Notes: generated from the letters alone by a model not told the origin. A DNA stretch of 64,000 nt from a virus (IMGVR_UViG_2767802067_000002:1-64000), one strand, 5' to 3'. Positions 10,054-19,961 are shown, counted from the first letter of the stretch. Translations and numbers: made by a program.

Positions 10054-10275
10054 TCACTCCTCCTGACGCGGGGAGTGCCGGGCCTTCCAGCCGGCCACGA
10101 ACGCGGCCGTCCCCGGGATGATCGACAGGATGAACGGGCTGATGCTGTCCGGCATCCAGTCGAGCAGCCGGGCGTTGTCCTGCGCCTCGGCGAGCACGGC
10201 GAGCAGGCCGGTCGTTCCCAAGTAGGCGAAGGCCGCCCCCGCCTTGACCTTCGTCTCCACGCGGTGCTTGGCCAT
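10054..10275 (-). CDS. Holin
   Basis: 73 aa, two TM segments, next to endolysin. Confidence 0.8.
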   Translation of the reverse strand: MAKHRVETKVKAGAAFAYLGTTGLLAVLAEAQDNARLLDWMPDSISPFILSIIPGTAAFVAGWKARHSPRQEE

Positions 10276-10291
10276 GGAATTCCCCTCTCTC

Positions 10292-11212
10292 TCAGTTGAC
10301 GACGTCGAAGCCGTGCTTCGCGCCGAGCTTCGTCAGCGAGTCCCGGCCGGGGATGCCGTCGGCGGCCTGGCCGGGCGCCCGCCCGCGGTACCCGCAGCGC
10401 TCCTGCCAGCCGGACATCGCCGTCACCGTGCTGGTCCCGTAGTGGCCGTCCTGGAAGACCTTCGACAGCAGGCCCTCGTCGACCAGGGCGGCCTCGACCG
10501 TCACGACGCCGGCGTACGTGACCGGCGTCCCGGCCATCTGGGGGTTCGTCCGGGCAGCTTCGATCAGCTTCGATAGGGACACCTGCGGGCGGGCCGGGGT
10601 CGGCGTCCCACGCCGGGGGCCGCCCTGCCCGAGGCGGGCCGCGATCCGGTCCCGCATCGGCGCCATGGCGAACGACGGGTCGATCTTCCCCGGCTGCCAC
10701 TCCTTGTGGCCGATCACGCTCGCGGCGTTCCAGCCGTGCGCCCGGCACAGCGCCGCCGACACCTTCACGATCGCGTCGAGCTGCGCCTCCGGCCACGGGT
10801 CCCGGCCGTCGCCCAGGTTCTCGCACTCGAACCCGTAGAAGTGCCTGTTCCCGTCGACCGTGGCGACGGTGTCGACCGGCAGGGAGCGCTGCGCGATGAC
10901 CGCGTCCAGCACGGCCGGATCGCCCAGGCCGGCGTGGTTGGTCCGGCCGTAGCCGATCAGGTACACCACCCCGGACTTCGCGATCACGCCGTGGCACAGC
11001 GGCCCGGGCAGGCCCTCGTACCCGTCGTGGCACATCTGCACCGTCTGGTCGGTGCCGCGGGTGACGCTGTGGTGGATCACCACCCCGTTCACCGGGCCCC
11101 ACGGTCCCTTGGCGTTGCGGTTCCACGTCCGCCAGGACGGGCCCTCGACCACGTCCAAGCCTTCGTCACGCAGCGCAGCCAGGAACCGGTCTGCGCTCAG
11201 CGGGTCACTCAT
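10292..11212 (-). CDS. Endolysin, N-acetylmuramoyl-L-alanine amidase with peptidoglycan-binding domain
   Basis: VIHHS, NHAG, GFECEN, GHKEW, KIDP; C-terminal DGHYG and DGIPG. Confidence 0.92.
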   Translation of the reverse strand: MSDPLSADRFLAALRDEGLDVVEGPSWRTWNRNAKGPWGPVNGVVIHHSVTRGTDQTVQMCHDGYEGLPGPLCHGVIAKSGVVYLIGYGRTNHAGLGDPAVLDAVIAQRSLPVDTVATVDGNRHFYGFECENLGDGRDPWPEAQLDAIVKVSAALCRAHGWNAASVIGHKEWQPGKIDPSFAMAPMRDRIAARLGQGGPRRGTPTPARPQVSLSKLIEAARTNPQMAGTPVTYAGVVTVEAALVDEGLLSKVFQDGHYGTSTVTAMSGWQERCGYRGRAPGQAADGIPGRDSLTKLGAKHGFDVVN

Positions 11213-11663
11213 CGCCGTGCACCTCCTTCTCGCTGTCCGGACACTGTCCGGACGCCGTGCCCCCCAAGTCCTCCGGGCTGTCCGCGCCCGTGTCCGCCCG
11301 GACATCTACGGACACGTCCACGGACACCGTGTCCGGACGGTGTCCGTGCAGGTCACCGGCCACGTCGGCAAGGGTGTCCGCCGTGTCCGGGGCGTCGTGT
11401 CCGTCGTGTCCGGACACCGTGTCCGGATCTTGTCCGCCGCCCTCCTCGGCCGGCTTCGGCAGGCCGATGGGATCGCACGGCACGAGCTTCGGCACCGGCC
11501 CGCTCAGGTCGACCCGGTAGTACTGGCCGTTGAGCATCGCTACGCCGTGTGGCGGCTTGGTGTCGCCGACGTTGGTCGTCACCGCCCGGCCGAGGGCGCG
11601 CTGCGCCGCCATCGCGGCCTGCACCGGCCGCTGGACGGCGCGCTGGATGGACTGCGGAGCCAC
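11205..11663 (-). CDS. Hypothetical protein; C-terminal half encoded by the TGTCCG cluster
   Basis: AGGAGG RBS; overlaps endolysin start. Confidence 0.6.
   Translation of the reverse strand: MAPQSIQRAVQRPVQAAMAAQRALGRAVTTNVGDTKPPHGVAMLNGQYYRVDLSGPVPKLVPCDPIGLPKPAEEGGGQDPDTVSGHDGHDAPDTADTLADVAGDLHGHRPDTVSVDVSVDVRADTGADSPEDLGGTASGQCPDSEKEVHGDE
11234..11436. repeat. Cluster of about 15 TGTCCG/CGGACA boxes, including TGTCCGGACA palindromes
   Basis: Read directly from sequence; both orientations. Confidence 0.9.
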
Positions 11664-11672
11664 CTGGTCCTC

Positions 11673-12821
11673 CTACGGGGTCGGGGGTGCGGGGTCGTTG
11701 CCGAGCGGCACGAAGCTGACGGCGACCTGCTCGCCGGAGTCGCCCCACTCCACGTCGACGTCGGTCAGCCGGTAGGCCACCGTGACGTTGCTGCACATGC
11801 CGGTCGTGATGACGTTGAAGCGGGAGCCGGCCACCAGCTGATCGATCGTCACCGGGGCGTCCGAGGTGAGCCGGGAGCCGTTCGGCACGCTGAGCCCGAT
11901 CGGCACCGGGTACCGGCCGACCTGCGACGCCTGGGCAAGCTGGAGCAGGTCGTAGCCGGACATGTTCTCCGCCTGCGACAACACCAGGGAGTCGAGCCGC
12001 CCGTACGGGGTGTTCAGGAACCCGGACACGCCCCAGGCGGCGTCGGTGAGGTCGTCCCGGGTCTGGTTGGTCGCCCACATGATCGCGCTGCCGGAGGCGC
12101 CGTCCTTGATGATCTCGACGTCGCCCGCGATGTGATCGAGCGTCAGCGTCGCCTGCGCCCGGTCACCGGCGAGCTGCGGCCGCCCCAGGATGATCCGCCG
12201 TCCCACGGTGGTGTACTCCAGGCCGCGGGGGACCAGCTCCTCATTCATGATCTTGAGGACGGGCACGATCCAGATCGAGGCGTCATCGGAGCCGTCCTTC
12301 TCGAACCGCGTGATGGTCGCGGAGTCGTTGCGGACGATGAACGGCATGATGTTGCACCAGTCCGGAGGGAAGCTGAACACCACGTTGTTGACGTTCAGCG
12401 AGATGATCGACTCCGCGATCTGCTGCACCGGCGCGGCCGGCTTCGCCGGGTCGCCGACGTTGACGTACCGCAGCACCTCCGTGTTCATGGTCCGGTTCAG
12501 CCACTCGGTGACGTCCTTCGCCTCCACCCGGAAGGTGTCCCGCGACTCCACGGTGCGCGTCACCGGGCCCTGCCACACCAGGTCGCCGTCCCGGTAGATG
12601 CTCAGCTCGTGGATGTACGGCTCGATGTCGCCGAGCTGCCCGCAGCAGTCCGGCGCCCGGCCCTTGGCGATCGTGATGAACGCCTCGCTGGTGTCGTTGA
12701 TCGTCCGGTTCCACGCCAGCCCGGTCAGCCCGGACACCCCGGGCGAGGTGAACGGCCTGGAGCCGCCCCGCCAGTGGATCACCGCCGAGTACTGCTGAGG
12801 ACACCCGAGCACGCCGGTCAT
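11673..12821 (-). CDS. Minor tail protein
   Basis: HELSIYRDGDLVWQGPV; position downstream of tape measure. Confidence 0.8.
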   Translation of the reverse strand: MTGVLGCPQQYSAVIHWRGGSRPFTSPGVSGLTGLAWNRTINDTSEAFITIAKGRAPDCCGQLGDIEPYIHELSIYRDGDLVWQGPVTRTVESRDTFRVEAKDVTEWLNRTMNTEVLRYVNVGDPAKPAAPVQQIAESIISLNVNNVVFSFPPDWCNIMPFIVRNDSATITRFEKDGSDDASIWIVPVLKIMNEELVPRGLEYTTVGRRIILGRPQLAGDRAQATLTLDHIAGDVEIIKDGASGSAIMWATNQTRDDLTDAAWGVSGFLNTPYGRLDSLVLSQAENMSGYDLLQLAQASQVGRYPVPIGLSVPNGSRLTSDAPVTIDQLVAGSRFNVITTGMCSNVTVAYRLTDVDVEWGDSGEQVAVSFVPLGNDPAPPTP

Positions 12822-12828
12822 CGCCGCA

Positions 12829-14094
12829 TCACCCCGCGTCCGTGCGGGTCACCATCAGCACCCGCGCCCGCGTGCCCGCCCCGGTCGACGCCTTGGTGGT
12901 CAGGATCTCGATGCACATGCCCTCCGGGCACCCGAAGACCGGCCATTGGAACGCGCCACCCTGCGCCCCGTACAGCGGCGGGTGCGCCGTGGCGGAGCCG
13001 ATCCCGGCGGTGGAGCACTCCAGCTCGGCCCGCTGCGTCCGGCCGTCGACGGTGAGGACCGACCCGGCCGGCAGGTACGGGGTCTGGAGGTCGGTGCAGA
13101 TCCCGCACGGGTCGGCGAGCGGGTCATTGCAGTCCGTCCCGGTGAGCGACGCGCGGAAGCGGACGACGATGCGGCGCAGGTCCGTCGACCCGACCTCGAG
13201 TTCCAGCACCGGGACCATGTCCAGGCGGTTCGGGACGTCGGTCACCGGGATCGAGATGACCGTCCGCAGGAAGGTGTCCGTGCCGGTCGGGTAGCAGGGG
13301 TCCACCGGGATCGGCACCCGGTTGGGGAGCGTCGGCGACGGGCACTCCGGGTCTTCCAAGCAGTCGGCCGGCTGCACGCAGTCGTCGTAGGCCGCGTCCG
13401 GGTCCGTGACCACCGTCGTGCCCGCGGTGAGGTCGTGCCACGTCTCGCTCACGGTCAGCGGGTTCCGGTAGATCCACGGCGTCCCGGCGATCAGCGAGAA
13501 GGTGACTCGGGCGAGGATGCCGTCGGTCAGGTACTCCAGGGACTCGACGTCCGGGCCCTCCAGCAGCCCGACGTTGTACAGGTAGCGCATGGAGTCGCAG
13601 CCCTCGCACGTCGGGCAGCAGGCGAAGACGCCGAGGGTGGAGCCGACGCACCCGTCGTCGCAGCAGCCGGACAGCGAGGCCGCCAGCCAGGACAGCCCGT
13701 ACTCCAGCGCGCACTCGTCCCGGACGATCATCAGCACCGTGTACGTGATGATCCGGTGCGCACGCCGCGCGATGCCCAGTGCCGAGCCGTCCCCGACCAG
13801 CGGGATCGGCGTCCGCGAGATCGTGGACTTCTGGAAGCCCGTGACGTCCAGGCCCATGAAGCCCAGGACGTTCGCCGACTCCGGCACCGCCTCGTCGTAC
13901 CAGGGCGCCTCGTCCGTCGCCGGGTCGACGTACGGCGTGTACGGGTCCTTCGTCAGGTCGCCGTGGTCGAGCGCGCACGGCAGCTCGGGGCAGGCGTCGC
14001 ACTCGATCGGTAGGCAGTAGAGCTGCGCGTACGTCGTCGCCCGGACCGAGTTGATGATCTCGGTGCAGGCGAAGTCGGCATAGTCGAAGATCAC
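12829..14094 (-). CDS. Minor tail or distal tail protein, Cys-rich
   Basis: Directly after tape measure; FSLIAGTPWIY, LTVDGRT. Confidence 0.75.
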   Translation of the reverse strand: MIFDYADFACTEIINSVRATTYAQLYCLPIECDACPELPCALDHGDLTKDPYTPYVDPATDEAPWYDEAVPESANVLGFMGLDVTGFQKSTISRTPIPLVGDGSALGIARRAHRIITYTVLMIVRDECALEYGLSWLAASLSGCCDDGCVGSTLGVFACCPTCEGCDSMRYLYNVGLLEGPDVESLEYLTDGILARVTFSLIAGTPWIYRNPLTVSETWHDLTAGTTVVTDPDAAYDDCVQPADCLEDPECPSPTLPNRVPIPVDPCYPTGTDTFLRTVISIPVTDVPNRLDMVPVLELEVGSTDLRRIVVRFRASLTGTDCNDPLADPCGICTDLQTPYLPAGSVLTVDGRTQRAELECSTAGIGSATAHPPLYGAQGGAFQWPVFGCPEGMCIEILTTKASTGAGTRARVLMVTRTDAG

Positions 14095-14095
14095 G

Positions 14096-17000
14096 TCACA
14101 CCCCCGCTGCTCGGGCCACGCGCCCGTACAGGTGCTGAGCCAGGACCGCCGAGTCGTCGACCCTGCTGTTGATGTGCCAGTTGTGCGTGACGTTGGAGAC
14201 CGGTGCCGGCCCGCCCGACGACCCGCCCGCCCGCCGCGGTGGCCCGATCGCGCCCTGCCTGGCCAGGAGGCTCAGCAGGCCGGACTGCGCCGCCAGCTCG
14301 ACCGCCCGCTGCGGCCGGGACAGCGGGATGATGACCTCCGGCCCGGCCTCGCCGACCAAGCCGACGACTGGGCTCGTGACGATGCCGCCGTTCGCGAAGG
14401 GCAGCACCGCCCGGACCGCAGCCGGAAGGCCGGACTTGATCTTCGAGACGATCCGCGAGCCGATGTCGCCCAAGGCGTTGATGATCTTCCCGGGCAGCGT
14501 GGAGAACAGCGACACGATCGAGCTGATCAGCCCGTTCACCGCGCTCGTCGCCGAGCTCACCGCCGAGGAGAACGCCGAGGCGATCTGCGATCCGATCGAC
14601 GACAGCGCCGAGCCGATCCGGCCCGGCAGGCCCGAGAAGAACGACACCGCGCTGTTGATGAACGAGCTGATCGCGTTGATCGCCGAGTTCCCCGCCGACG
14701 TGAACAGGCCCGACAGCAGCCCGGCCAGCGAGGCCACCGCCGAGACGATCCGGCCGGGCAGCGCCACGAAGAACGCGATCGTCGAGTTGATGAACGACGT
14801 CGTCGCCGCCGTCGCGGAGTTGAACGCGCTGGTGAACACCGAGAGCAGGAACACCCCGAGGCTGGTCGCCGCCGCCACGATCTGACCCGGCAGCGCGGTG
14901 AAGAACGCGATCGTCGCGGTGATGAAGTTGCCGATCGCCGTGACCGTCGCGTTGAAGGCGTCGACGAACAGCGTCACCAGCGTGATCGCCAGCGACGCCA
15001 GCGCGTCGGCGATCTTGATCGGCAGGTTGTAGAAGAGGAAGATCACCGCCGCGAGGGCCGTCAGCAGCGCGATGCCCAGCGCCGCCATCGCGTTGACGAA
15101 GGCGTCGACCAGCAGCCCGGGCAGCGCCGCCAGGCCGGCGACGATCCGCCCCGGCAGCGCCACGAAGAACGCCACCACCGCGTCGATCGCCGTCGAGACC
15201 GCCGTCGAGATCGTCGCGCCGACGCCGGTGAAGAACTCGCCGAGCAGCCCACCGAGCGTCGCCAGGCCGGCCACGATCCGGCCCGGCAGCGCCTGGAAGA
15301 ACGCGACCGTGGAGTCCAGCGCGGAGCCCGCCGAGCTGGACAGCGAGGAGAACGCCGAAGCGACCTGGCCGGGCAGCGCCGTGATGAACTGGACGACCGA
15401 GGTGATCCCGTTGACCAGGAACGTCAACTCGCTGACGACCAGCTGGATGTACGGCACCGCCGCCTTGATGGCCACCCAGCCGACGAACGCCGCCGCGACC
15501 TGGAGGACCGGCGCCAGGAGCTGAACGACCATCACCAGCAGCGGCGCCAGCGCCTCGACCAGCGAGGCGATCGGCGGCAGCACCGGCAGCAGCGCCTGCA
15601 CCAGGGCGTTGAACGCCTCGATGATCGGCGGGAGGACCGGCAGCAGCGCGCCGACCAGCGCGGTGATCAGCGGAGTCACCGCGGCGACGACCCGCACCAG
15701 CAGCTGCGCCACCGACGTGAGCACCGGCGCCAGAGCGGCGATCACCTGCGCCACGGCCTGGCCGATCCCGGTCGCCAGCGGCTGGAGCGCGGTGACCAGC
15801 TGCGCGAACGCCTGCGCCACCAGCGGCAGGATCGGCAGCAGGGCGCCGGACAGCGCCGAGATGATCGGGGCGAACAGGCCGACCAGGAGCTGGAGCGCCG
15901 GGGCCAGCGCCGTGGCCACGGCCGCGACGACCTGGCCGAGCAGCGGCAGCAGCGGCGCCAGCGCGGTCAGGATCGCCGCGATCGCCACGCCGACCGGGCC
16001 GAGGCTCGGGCCGATCGCGGCCAGCCCGGTAGCGAGGGCGCCGCCGATCGTCGCCAGGGCCGGAGCGATGGCGGCCAGCGCCGGGCCCAGCGAGTTGACC
16101 AGCGAGACCAGCGCCGGGCCCAGCGACGTGAAGATCGGCCCGAGTGCCGGGGCGATGCCGCCGAGCTGCGCCACCAGCGCCGAGATGATCGGCCCGAGCT
16201 GCGCCGCGATCTGGGCGATCGTCCCGAAGACGTTGCTGAGCGCCTGCTGGCCGGACGCCGACTTCGCGAACTCCGCGAAGCTCGCGGTGATCTTCTGGAT
16301 GTTGCCGAGCAGCCCGCCGCCCGACGAGTTCGCCGCCGCGAAGACGCTCGACAGGATGCCGCCGACGTTCTGGAGGATCCCGCCGAGCTGGCCGAAGACG
16401 TTCAGCGCGCCGTCGACCCACGCCACGGCCTGCCCGCCCGACGCGATCCGGTTCAGGAAGTCCCCGAACCTGGTGGCCAGGCCGTTGATGCCCGAGCCGA
16501 GCTCCGACCCGAACGCCTGGGCCACCACCGAGGCGACGTTGAGCAGGCCGCTGACGACCGGCTGGATCGCCCCCTGCAGCCCGCCGACGGCGTCCCGCGT
16601 GCCCTGGAGGATCCCCTGCAACGAGGACAGCGCCTGCTGCGACGCCGCGAACTTCAAGCCCTCCTGGGCGGCCTTGCCGAACTCCGTTGCGATGCCCTGG
16701 AGGCCGGACTGCAACGGCAGCAGGTTCTTGATCGCCCCGCCGATCTCGCCGGCGAACTGGGCGAAGAACGACTGCTGGACGGCCTGCTGAACTGCCTTCA
16801 GCTCCGGCGCCAGCGAGCGGACCGCGGTGACCGCCTGCTGCGCCGCCGGGGCAAGGCCCTTGATGGCCTCCTCGAACGCCTTGGTGTCGCCGGTGAGCGC
16901 CGCCGACAGCGCGTCGGAGACGCCGAGCACCGCGAGCTTGAGCGTCCCCAGGGCGGCCTGGAACCCGATGATCGCCGCCGGGGCCGCGGCGATGATCCCG

Positions 17001-18319
17001 GCCGCCGGGGCCAGCGCAGCCACCAGGCTCGCAACGCCCTGCGCGGCGCCGGCGGCCGCGATGCCGACCGCGCCGAACCGCAGCAGCCCGGCCAGCGCGG
17101 TGCCCGCCCGGGAGGCGATGCCACTCAGCCCCGCCAGCGCCCGGGAGAACCGGTCGCGGTCGACGTCCGTGTTCACCTGGACGTCCGGGGCGTTGTGCTC
17201 CCGTACCCGCCGGTCGAAGCCGGACATGTCCGGGACGACCCGGATCGACACCTCTTCGTCGGCGACGGCCGCGCGGACGCGGTCCATGAAGCCGGACATG
17301 TCCGGCGCCACCGGCAGGTTGATGCTGTCCAGCCCCCGCAGGCCGCCGAGCAGCGCCGCATCGAACCGGCTCAGGTCCGGAACGACGCGGATCGAGATGT
17401 CGTCGCCGGCGAGCGCGGCCCGCACCCGCGTGTCGAAGCCGGTCAGGTCCGGCGCGACCCGGATGTCGATGCTGTCGATCGACCGCAGGCCGCTGAGCAG
17501 CGCGGCGTCGAACCGGGCCAGGTCCGGGACGACGTTGACCGTGGCGTCCGGGAGGCCGGTCAGTCCGGCGCGCAGCGAGGCGTCGAAGCCCGACAGGTCC
17601 GGCGCGACGTTGACCTGCGCGTCCGGCAAGCCGCTGAGCCCGGCGCGCAACGCGGCGTCGAAGCCCGACAGGTCCGGCGCGACGTTGACCGTGGCGTCCG
17701 GCAAGCCGCTGAGCCCGGCGCGCAGCGAGGCGTCGAAGCCCGACAAGTCCGGCGCGACGTTGACCTGCGCGTCGGCCAGGCGGCCGATCCCTGCCCGGAG
17801 CTCGGCGTCGAACCCGTCGACGTCCGGGATGACCGAGACAACGGCGTCCCGGAGGGAGCGCAGGCCCCGCTGGAGGGCCGTCTCGAAGCCGTCCAGGTCC
17901 GGGACGGTGTGGACCTCGAACTGGTCTCCGTTGGAGACCGCCCGCAGTAGCTCGGCGTCGAACCGGTCGACGTCCGGGACCGCTCGGACCCGAATCTCGT
18001 CGCCGGTGACCAGCGCCCGCCGCAGCGCCGTGTCGAACCGGTCGACGTCCGGCACCACCGGGATGGAGACGGCCGCCAGCGTCCTGGTGCTGCGCTCGAT
18101 CGCCGCCGCGAAGCTCTCGACGTCGGGGACGATCGGGACCGAGATCGCGGCCCGCAGGCCGCGCTCGATGTTGCTGCGGATCGCGGCACCGATGCCGCGG
18201 GTGCTGCGGTCGAGGGCTCGCTGGATCCGCTGCCCGAGGCTTCGGGCGTCGGCGACGGCCTCGGAGTCGTCCAGGACGATCCGGACGACGCCGACTCCGA
18301 AGTCCTCTTCGGTGGCCAC
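14096..18319 (-). CDS. Tape measure protein
   Basis: About 1400 aa Ala/Leu/Gly-rich amphipathic repeats; FANGGIV...GEAGPEVIIPL. Confidence 0.93.
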   Translation of the reverse strand: MATEEDFGVGVVRIVLDDSEAVADARSLGQRIQRALDRSTRGIGAAIRSNIERGLRAAISVPIVPDVESFAAAIERSTRTLAAVSIPVVPDVDRFDTALRRALVTGDEIRVRAVPDVDRFDAELLRAVSNGDQFEVHTVPDLDGFETALQRGLRSLRDAVVSVIPDVDGFDAELRAGIGRLADAQVNVAPDLSGFDASLRAGLSGLPDATVNVAPDLSGFDAALRAGLSGLPDAQVNVAPDLSGFDASLRAGLTGLPDATVNVVPDLARFDAALLSGLRSIDSIDIRVAPDLTGFDTRVRAALAGDDISIRVVPDLSRFDAALLGGLRGLDSINLPVAPDMSGFMDRVRAAVADEEVSIRVVPDMSGFDRRVREHNAPDVQVNTDVDRDRFSRALAGLSGIASRAGTALAGLLRFGAVGIAAAGAAQGVASLVAALAPAAGIIAAAPAAIIGFQAALGTLKLAVLGVSDALSAALTGDTKAFEEAIKGLAPAAQQAVTAVRSLAPELKAVQQAVQQSFFAQFAGEIGGAIKNLLPLQSGLQGIATEFGKAAQEGLKFAASQQALSSLQGILQGTRDAVGGLQGAIQPVVSGLLNVASVVAQAFGSELGSGINGLATRFGDFLNRIASGGQAVAWVDGALNVFGQLGGILQNVGGILSSVFAAANSSGGGLLGNIQKITASFAEFAKSASGQQALSNVFGTIAQIAAQLGPIISALVAQLGGIAPALGPIFTSLGPALVSLVNSLGPALAAIAPALATIGGALATGLAAIGPSLGPVGVAIAAILTALAPLLPLLGQVVAAVATALAPALQLLVGLFAPIISALSGALLPILPLVAQAFAQLVTALQPLATGIGQAVAQVIAALAPVLTSVAQLLVRVVAAVTPLITALVGALLPVLPPIIEAFNALVQALLPVLPPIASLVEALAPLLVMVVQLLAPVLQVAAAFVGWVAIKAAVPYIQLVVSELTFLVNGITSVVQFITALPGQVASAFSSLSSSAGSALDSTVAFFQALPGRIVAGLATLGGLLGEFFTGVGATISTAVSTAIDAVVAFFVALPGRIVAGLAALPGLLVDAFVNAMAALGIALLTALAAVIFLFYNLPIKIADALASLAITLVTLFVDAFNATVTAIGNFITATIAFFTALPGQIVAAATSLGVFLLSVFTSAFNSATAATTSFINSTIAFFVALPGRIVSAVASLAGLLSGLFTSAGNSAINAISSFINSAVSFFSGLPGRIGSALSSIGSQIASAFSSAVSSATSAVNGLISSIVSLFSTLPGKIINALGDIGSRIVSKIKSGLPAAVRAVLPFANGGIVTSPVVGLVGEAGPEVIIPLSRPQRAVELAAQSGLLSLLARQGAIGPPRRAGGSSGGPAPVSNVTHNWHINSRVDDSAVLAQHLYGRVARAAGV
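17200..18140 (-). repeat. About 13 repeats of ~24-25 aa (VxPDLSGFDAxLR) in the tape measure N-terminus; central units are near-perfect 75-bp repeats
   Basis: Protein translation and DNA repeats at 17521-17770. Confidence 0.85.
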
Positions 18320-18345
18320 TGGCAACCTCGCGTGAGCGATCGGTT

Positions 18346-18378
18346 GCCCGGCCTAGCACCAGCGGCGATCCCAGATTA
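18346..18378 (-). promoter_or_regulatory. Late promoter and leader motif (tape measure)
   Basis: TAATCT-N5-CGCCGCTGGTGCTAGGCCGGGC on minus strand. Confidence 0.7.
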
Positions 18379-18710
18379 GCGGGTGCGCATCCCGGCGACC
18401 CGTGCGTCCTCCGCCGCCATCTCCTGCATTAGCTGCTGGGCGCGGTTCGCGGTCATGCCCGAGCCTGGGACGCGCACGCGCTGACCGGGTGGCGGGCGGA
18501 AGCCGTGCGGCGGCTGCCAGAGCTTCGCCCGGTTGCGCTTGCGCTGCGCGTCGTCCTCGGCGCCCTGGTCCATCGACACCTCGGCCGCCGACAACATGAC
18601 CCGCAGCGGCCAGGCGTGGACGTCTACCCCCTGGAGGGCAAGGCCGCCCTCCCACGAGTCCCACGACTCGGCGATGCTTGCGCAGAGCCGCTGGACAACC
18701 CAGTAGGGCG
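18376..18710 (-). CDS. Tail assembly chaperone, frameshifted C-terminal extension
   Basis: Overlapping -1 frame PYWVVQRL... with no clear RBS or start; lies between chaperone and tape measure. Confidence 0.6.
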
Positions 18711-19145
18711 CGCCCCGCCTCCGTACAGCTCGACCGCCCACTCCAGCAGCTCGACCAGGACGCGGTCCGGCAGGCGCAGCGACTCGTCCTTCACCGTCGC
18801 GCCTTCCTGCTCGGCCGCCGCCTTCGCCGCCAGGCCCGGCTCGCTGTACGAGCCGACGGCGACCCCGCCGGCGACGACGTCCCACCGGGCGAACACCGCG
18901 GCGGACTCCGGCAGCATCAGGCTCGCCAGGAACACCCGCAGCGAGCCGACGACCTGGCGGAGCTTCGCCGGCTCGACGTTGCCCAGGTCGTTCAGGTCGA
19001 CGCCGAGCTCGGCCTGCGAGTTCCGCAGCTTCTCGTAGGCGTCCAGGAACTCGTCGCCGTAGACCTCGGGCTCGAAGCTGAGCTTGTGCGGCCCGATCTC
19101 GGCGACATGGGGGACGGTGTTCAGGGCAAAGGTGCGCGTGGCCAC
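18624..19145 (-). CDS. Tail assembly chaperone
   Basis: LLEWAVELYGGGARPT...SS; position; GAGGAG RBS. Confidence 0.75.
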   Translation of the reverse strand: MATRTFALNTVPHVAEIGPHKLSFEPEVYGDEFLDAYEKLRNSQAELGVDLNDLGNVEPAKLRQVVGSLRVFLASLMLPESAAVFARWDVVAGGVAVGSYSEPGLAAKAAAEQEGATVKDESLRLPDRVLVELLEWAVELYGGGARPTGLSSGSAQASPSRGTRGRAALPSRG

Positions 19146-19177
19146 GGGTGGCTCCTCATCTCCCGCGTGCATCGCCT

Positions 19178-19213
19178 CGGCCCACAACCAGCAGACGTGC
19201 ACCGGAAAGGGTA
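19178..19213 (-). promoter_or_regulatory. Late promoter and leader motif variant (tail chaperone)
   Basis: TACCCT...CTGCTGGTTGTGGGCCG. Confidence 0.55.
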
Positions 19214-19294
19214 GCGGTCGGACGCCCGACCCCCGGGCTTCGCTCCTGGCCTCAGCTGTTGCCCCGTCGCCCCGGCCGCCACTACCGTCCAGGC

Positions 19295-19567
19295 GTGATC
19301 GGAAAACTGGCGGGCGCGGTCCTCGGGTTGGTGGCCGCCGGGGTGGCGGCGCAGCGGCGCACGGCAGCCCGCAGGCCGGCGCCCACGCCCCGCATTCGGA
19401 CCTGGCACTACTGGCGCTGCGAGTGCGGCGGGCACTCTCGCGGCGCGTTCATCACCCGGGATGAGGCGTGGTGGGCCGGCGAGCGGCACAGGCTGCGCAA
19501 GGAAGCCGGCCATCCGTTCGCCGAGCTCTACACCACCGAAGAGGAGTGGAACTACCCCACCGATTGA
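19295..19567 (+). CDS. Small membrane-anchored protein with CxC...H motif, opposite strand within tail region
   Basis: N-terminal hydrophobic helix; WRCECG...H. Confidence 0.5.
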   Translation: MIGKLAGAVLGLVAAGVAAQRRTAARRPAPTPRIRTWHYWRCECGGHSRGAFITRDEAWWAGERHRLRKEAGHPFAELYTTEEEWNYPTD

Positions 19568-19583
19568 GGGGTGGCCCAGCAGC

Positions 19584-19961
19584 TCAGGCGCCCTCGCGCA
19601 GTGCCCGCCCCAGGAAGTTGTTCGCCCGGGTGCCCGGGTGGTTGACCCGGGCCGCGAAGACGACGTGGCCGGACACCTCGAACCGCAACGCCTTCGCCCG
19701 CCGGGGCCGGATGACGTGCGGCCTGGTCCCGTTCAGGACGAACAGCGTCGCCGGGTGGTCGCACGACACGACGCCTTGCAGGCCGCGGGGCGTTTCGTCT
19801 ACCCGCGTCTCGATGTAGGCCGGCATCGTCCCCGGCGCCTCGCGGCGGGCGATGGCCGCGACCCGCTCGGTGCGCGCCCGCAGGCGCTTCTCCGCCAGGC
19901 CGCCGCGCAGCCGCAGGAACCGGGCGATCCGGCCCTGATCGATCGTCACCTCAACGCTCAC
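19584..19961 (-). CDS. Tail completion or neck protein (HK97 gp10-like)
   Basis: GTRPHVIRPRRAKALRF...VNHPGT..NNFL. Confidence 0.75.
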   Translation of the reverse strand: MSVEVTIDQGRIARFLRLRGGLAEKRLRARTERVAAIARREAPGTMPAYIETRVDETPRGLQGVVSCDHPATLFVLNGTRPHVIRPRRAKALRFEVSGHVVFAARVNHPGTRANNFLGRALREGA

